Source of the DNA: Candidatus Woesearchaeota archaeon
GTDB taxonomy: Archaea; Nanobdellota; Nanobdellia; Woesearchaeales; ARS49
Length of the DNA stretch: 64,000 nt
Direction: 5' to 3'
Assembly: GCA_019322895.1 (NCBI GenBank)
Contig: JAHWHZ010000003.1
Location: 114,492 to 178,491, forward strand
The notes under the pieces: model-generated
The model's input: only the letters and a program-made list of their open reading frames with translations
Databases searched by the model: none
Told to the model about the DNA's origin: nothing
Position numbers and translations under genes: made by a program
Shown: in pieces, positions 61,955-64,000 of the stretch
Layout of the letters: the number at the start of each line of letters is the position of its first letter
Position numbering within the stretch: position 1 is the stretch's first letter

Positions 61955-64000
61955 GCTAGCCATACTGCTGATCATTGTGCTTCTGACTAGCTTTGCTGCT
62001 GCGTTTGAGATGAACCTCTCAGGACTGCAGGACCAGCCAGCACAATCTCCTGCGCAAAATATCACACCAGACCAATCACCAAGCGGATTTGACTTCACAG
62101 ATCTGCTTGCAGACAATTCAACAATTGACAGTTCTGCATCACCAGGACAAAATGAATCAAAGCCAGAAAAAGGGCTGGTTCTGTTAGAGCCACTTGCAAA
62201 CAAACAAGAACAAGAAACCCTCAAACCTCAAGAAGACTTGTTCTCTAACCTTGCATCACAGCTTGAAGACTCAAGCCCGGAAAACAAAACCGAGCAAAGC
62301 ACAGAGCCGGTCCTTGAAGGCCTTGAAGATGAAGAGCCCGCAGGAGATATTGAATCAATGCTTGCAGGCAGACTGCAGGACAGCAAGAAACCAGAGAAAA
62401 TAAAAACAAAACCAAGAAGAAAATCACCAGGCGAGCCAGTAAGAAGAGGAGCAAAGATAGTTGTGCCAGAACCAAAAGCATACAAGCCAAGACAGGGAAT
62501 GAAGCTTGAAATCAAGGAAAAAATAGAGAGAACGCAGGCAAAACATTACGCTGGAGAGACAGAAGCATTTGACTACACAATCAAGCAAAGAGAAAACAAG
62601 CATGACCTTGAAATAAAAGACAAGATTGCAAAAATAAAAGACAAGCGCGTAGAAGCAAGAATAACAGGCATAAAAGAATTAAAAGACATAAAAATATTCT
62701 CAGACAGAATACCTGAAGAAAAAATAGAACTGCAGAGAGACAGACTAGTTGCAAGGCATGTGCATGCAGAAATCAGGACACCTGTATTCGCAGTTAATGA
62801 AAGCCTTGAATTTGAAAACGCAACAATAACACTGCCTGTTGCAGGACCTGTTGATACAATACTGCACTGCCCTGACTTTAATCAAGAGAACGGAACATGC
62901 CCAAGCTGGCACAACACAACAACACCATTCAAGCAGGAAAATGGAACAGTTACATTCAGCGTGGAAAAATTCTCAGCATGGTGTGCTGCACAGGTCACAA
63001 TACTAAACGTGCACAGCTCTCCAACAATCAACGGCAACTGGACAGTCAGGTTCACCACAAAAGGAACAGCAAACCTCACAATAACCGCAGTTCAGGGAAC
63101 ATTGTTTGGAAGAGACCTTAAATTCCTCACACTAAAATGCGGAAATACCGTGCTAAATGCAACATACGCAAACAACAAGATAACCTACCCTAATTACGCC
63201 TGCCAACACCAAACAAGCTATGAAATATCACAAGTAAAAACACCAGGAGAGCACGTGCTAAGGTTTGACTTTGGAGGAGCCACTGACCACGCATACAACT
63301 TGGTAAACCTTGACCCGCCAAGCGTCTTGATAGACATCAACATCTCAGGAAAAGCATACGGCCACTATCTGCTGTGGAAGACAAACGCAACAGGCACTTA
63401 TGATGAATTCGGAGGGCCAGTAATCCTGGACGACAGGCTGTTCATAACATCAAAAGAAGGATGGCCAACACCAGGACCAGGACAATACGGACACACATGG
63501 ATTGCATGCCTGAACCACACAACAGGAGCATTCATATGGAACCATACCTACGGAAACAGTGACGCCACACCAGCAGTAAAAGGCGAGAGAGTCTATCATT
63601 TGACATACAACGGATTCAGCACAGCATTCATCTACAACGCAACAACAGGAGCGCAGATATGCAATTACACATTTGAAGGAACAGCAACATACGACGGAGC
63701 AGCAAATTCTCCGCTGGTAGCAGACGGAAGATTCTACTTTTCAGAACTGTATGGAACAAACTCAAAAGCATGGGCTCTCAATGCAACAGACTGCACGCCG
63801 ATTTGGAACGTGACAATTTCCAATAACTGGTGCACGCCAGGCTCATCACTGTCCTACTATGACGACAAAGTGTACATACCAAACTATAACAACAGAAGAG
63901 TATATGTCAAAAACGCAACAACAGGAGCAGCCTTGTTTGACACAGGAGCACTGCAAAATATCTGGGACAGCTCGCCAGTGATTGCAGATGACAAAGAAGT
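61944..64000 (+). CDS. large secreted surface protein, sequon-rich, C-terminus outside window
   Basis: Not in the ORF track because it runs off the window. Hand translation from the ATG at 61944 gives MKNKLAILLIIVLLTSFAAA (signal peptide) with no stop through 64000. There are about 20 N-x-S/T sequons. The later part shows repeated aromatic/Gly beta-propeller-like (PQQ-type) units. Confidence 0.8.
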   Translation, partial: MKNKLAILLIIVLLTSFAAAFEMNLSGLQDQPAQSPAQNITPDQSPSGFDFTDLLADNSTIDSSASPGQNESKPEKGLVLLEPLANKQEQETLKPQEDLFSNLASQLEDSSPENKTEQSTEPVLEGLEDEEPAGDIESMLAGRLQDSKKPEKIKTKPRRKSPGEPVRRGAKIVVPEPKAYKPRQGMKLEIKEKIERTQAKHYAGETEAFDYTIKQRENKHDLEIKDKIAKIKDKRVEARITGIKELKDIKIFSDRIPEEKIELQRDRLVARHVHAEIRTPVFAVNESLEFENATITLPVAGPVDTILHCPDFNQENGTCPSWHNTTTPFKQENGTVTFSVEKFSAWCAAQVTILNVHSSPTINGNWTVRFTTKGTANLTITAVQGTLFGRDLKFLTLKCGNTVLNATYANNKITYPNYACQHQTSYEISQVKTPGEHVLRFDFGGATDHAYNLVNLDPPSVLIDINISGKAYGHYLLWKTNATGTYDEFGGPVILDDRLFITSKEGWPTPGPGQYGHTWIACLNHTTGAFIWNHTYGNSDATPAVKGERVYHLTYNGFSTAFIYNATTGAQICNYTFEGTATYDGAANSPLVADGRFYFSELYGTNSKAWALNATDCTPIWNVTISNNWCTPGSSLSYYDDKVYIPNYNNRRVYVKNATTGAALFDTGALQNIWDSSPVIADDKE

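Overview
Low-GC archaeal chromosome segment, probably from a small-genome DPANN-like lineage. That assignment is an inference from gene content. It rests on ribosomal protein S3Ae, Bud32 kinase, archaeal TATA/BRE-type promoters, a tRNA-His with a genome-encoded G-1, a bulge-helix-bulge intron in a tRNA T-loop, and many small orphan and surface proteins. Recognisable housekeeping genes are pyrE, bud32, rps3ae, gyrB, hisS next to tRNA-His, ftsZ, map, a site-2 protease, MscS, a signal peptidase, and TauE and Rrf2 family genes. Functional neighbourhoods: (i) a 10-gene plus-strand operon at 10.97-16.8 kb with DUF5320, a split permease, DUF134, a NifX-like protein, a CDF-NifX fusion, two MinD-ferredoxin ATPases, an Mth938-like protein and a TRASH-like protein; (ii) an extracytoplasmic thiol-disulfide module at 16.8-19.5 kb; (iii) a CbbQ/NorQ AAA+ ATPase with a giant CbbO/NorD-like vWA protein, a small acidic protein and a large lipoprotein at 24.1-31.3 kb; (iv) a FecR plus CHASE2 class III nucleotide cyclase pair; (v) two orphan-rich accessory blocks (37.9-42.1 kb and 43.7-50.8 kb) flanking ftsZ. 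The most unusual signal is structural. Gene termini are repeatedly duplicated around inserted DNA. The 3' end of map occurs as a ladder of four decaying direct copies that bracket roughly 1.0-1.3 kb cassettes, several of which carry nucleotidyltransferase/HEPN-type modules. A roughly 120-nt element (AT-rich hairpin plus a 91-nt core with covarying stems) sits at the termini of gyrB, the S2P protease gene and tRNA-His. Each copy is flanked by a displaced, synonymously diverged copy of the target terminus. No integrase, transposase, CRISPR array or rRNA is visible in the window. All family names come from motif recognition by eye. No database search or folding program was run.
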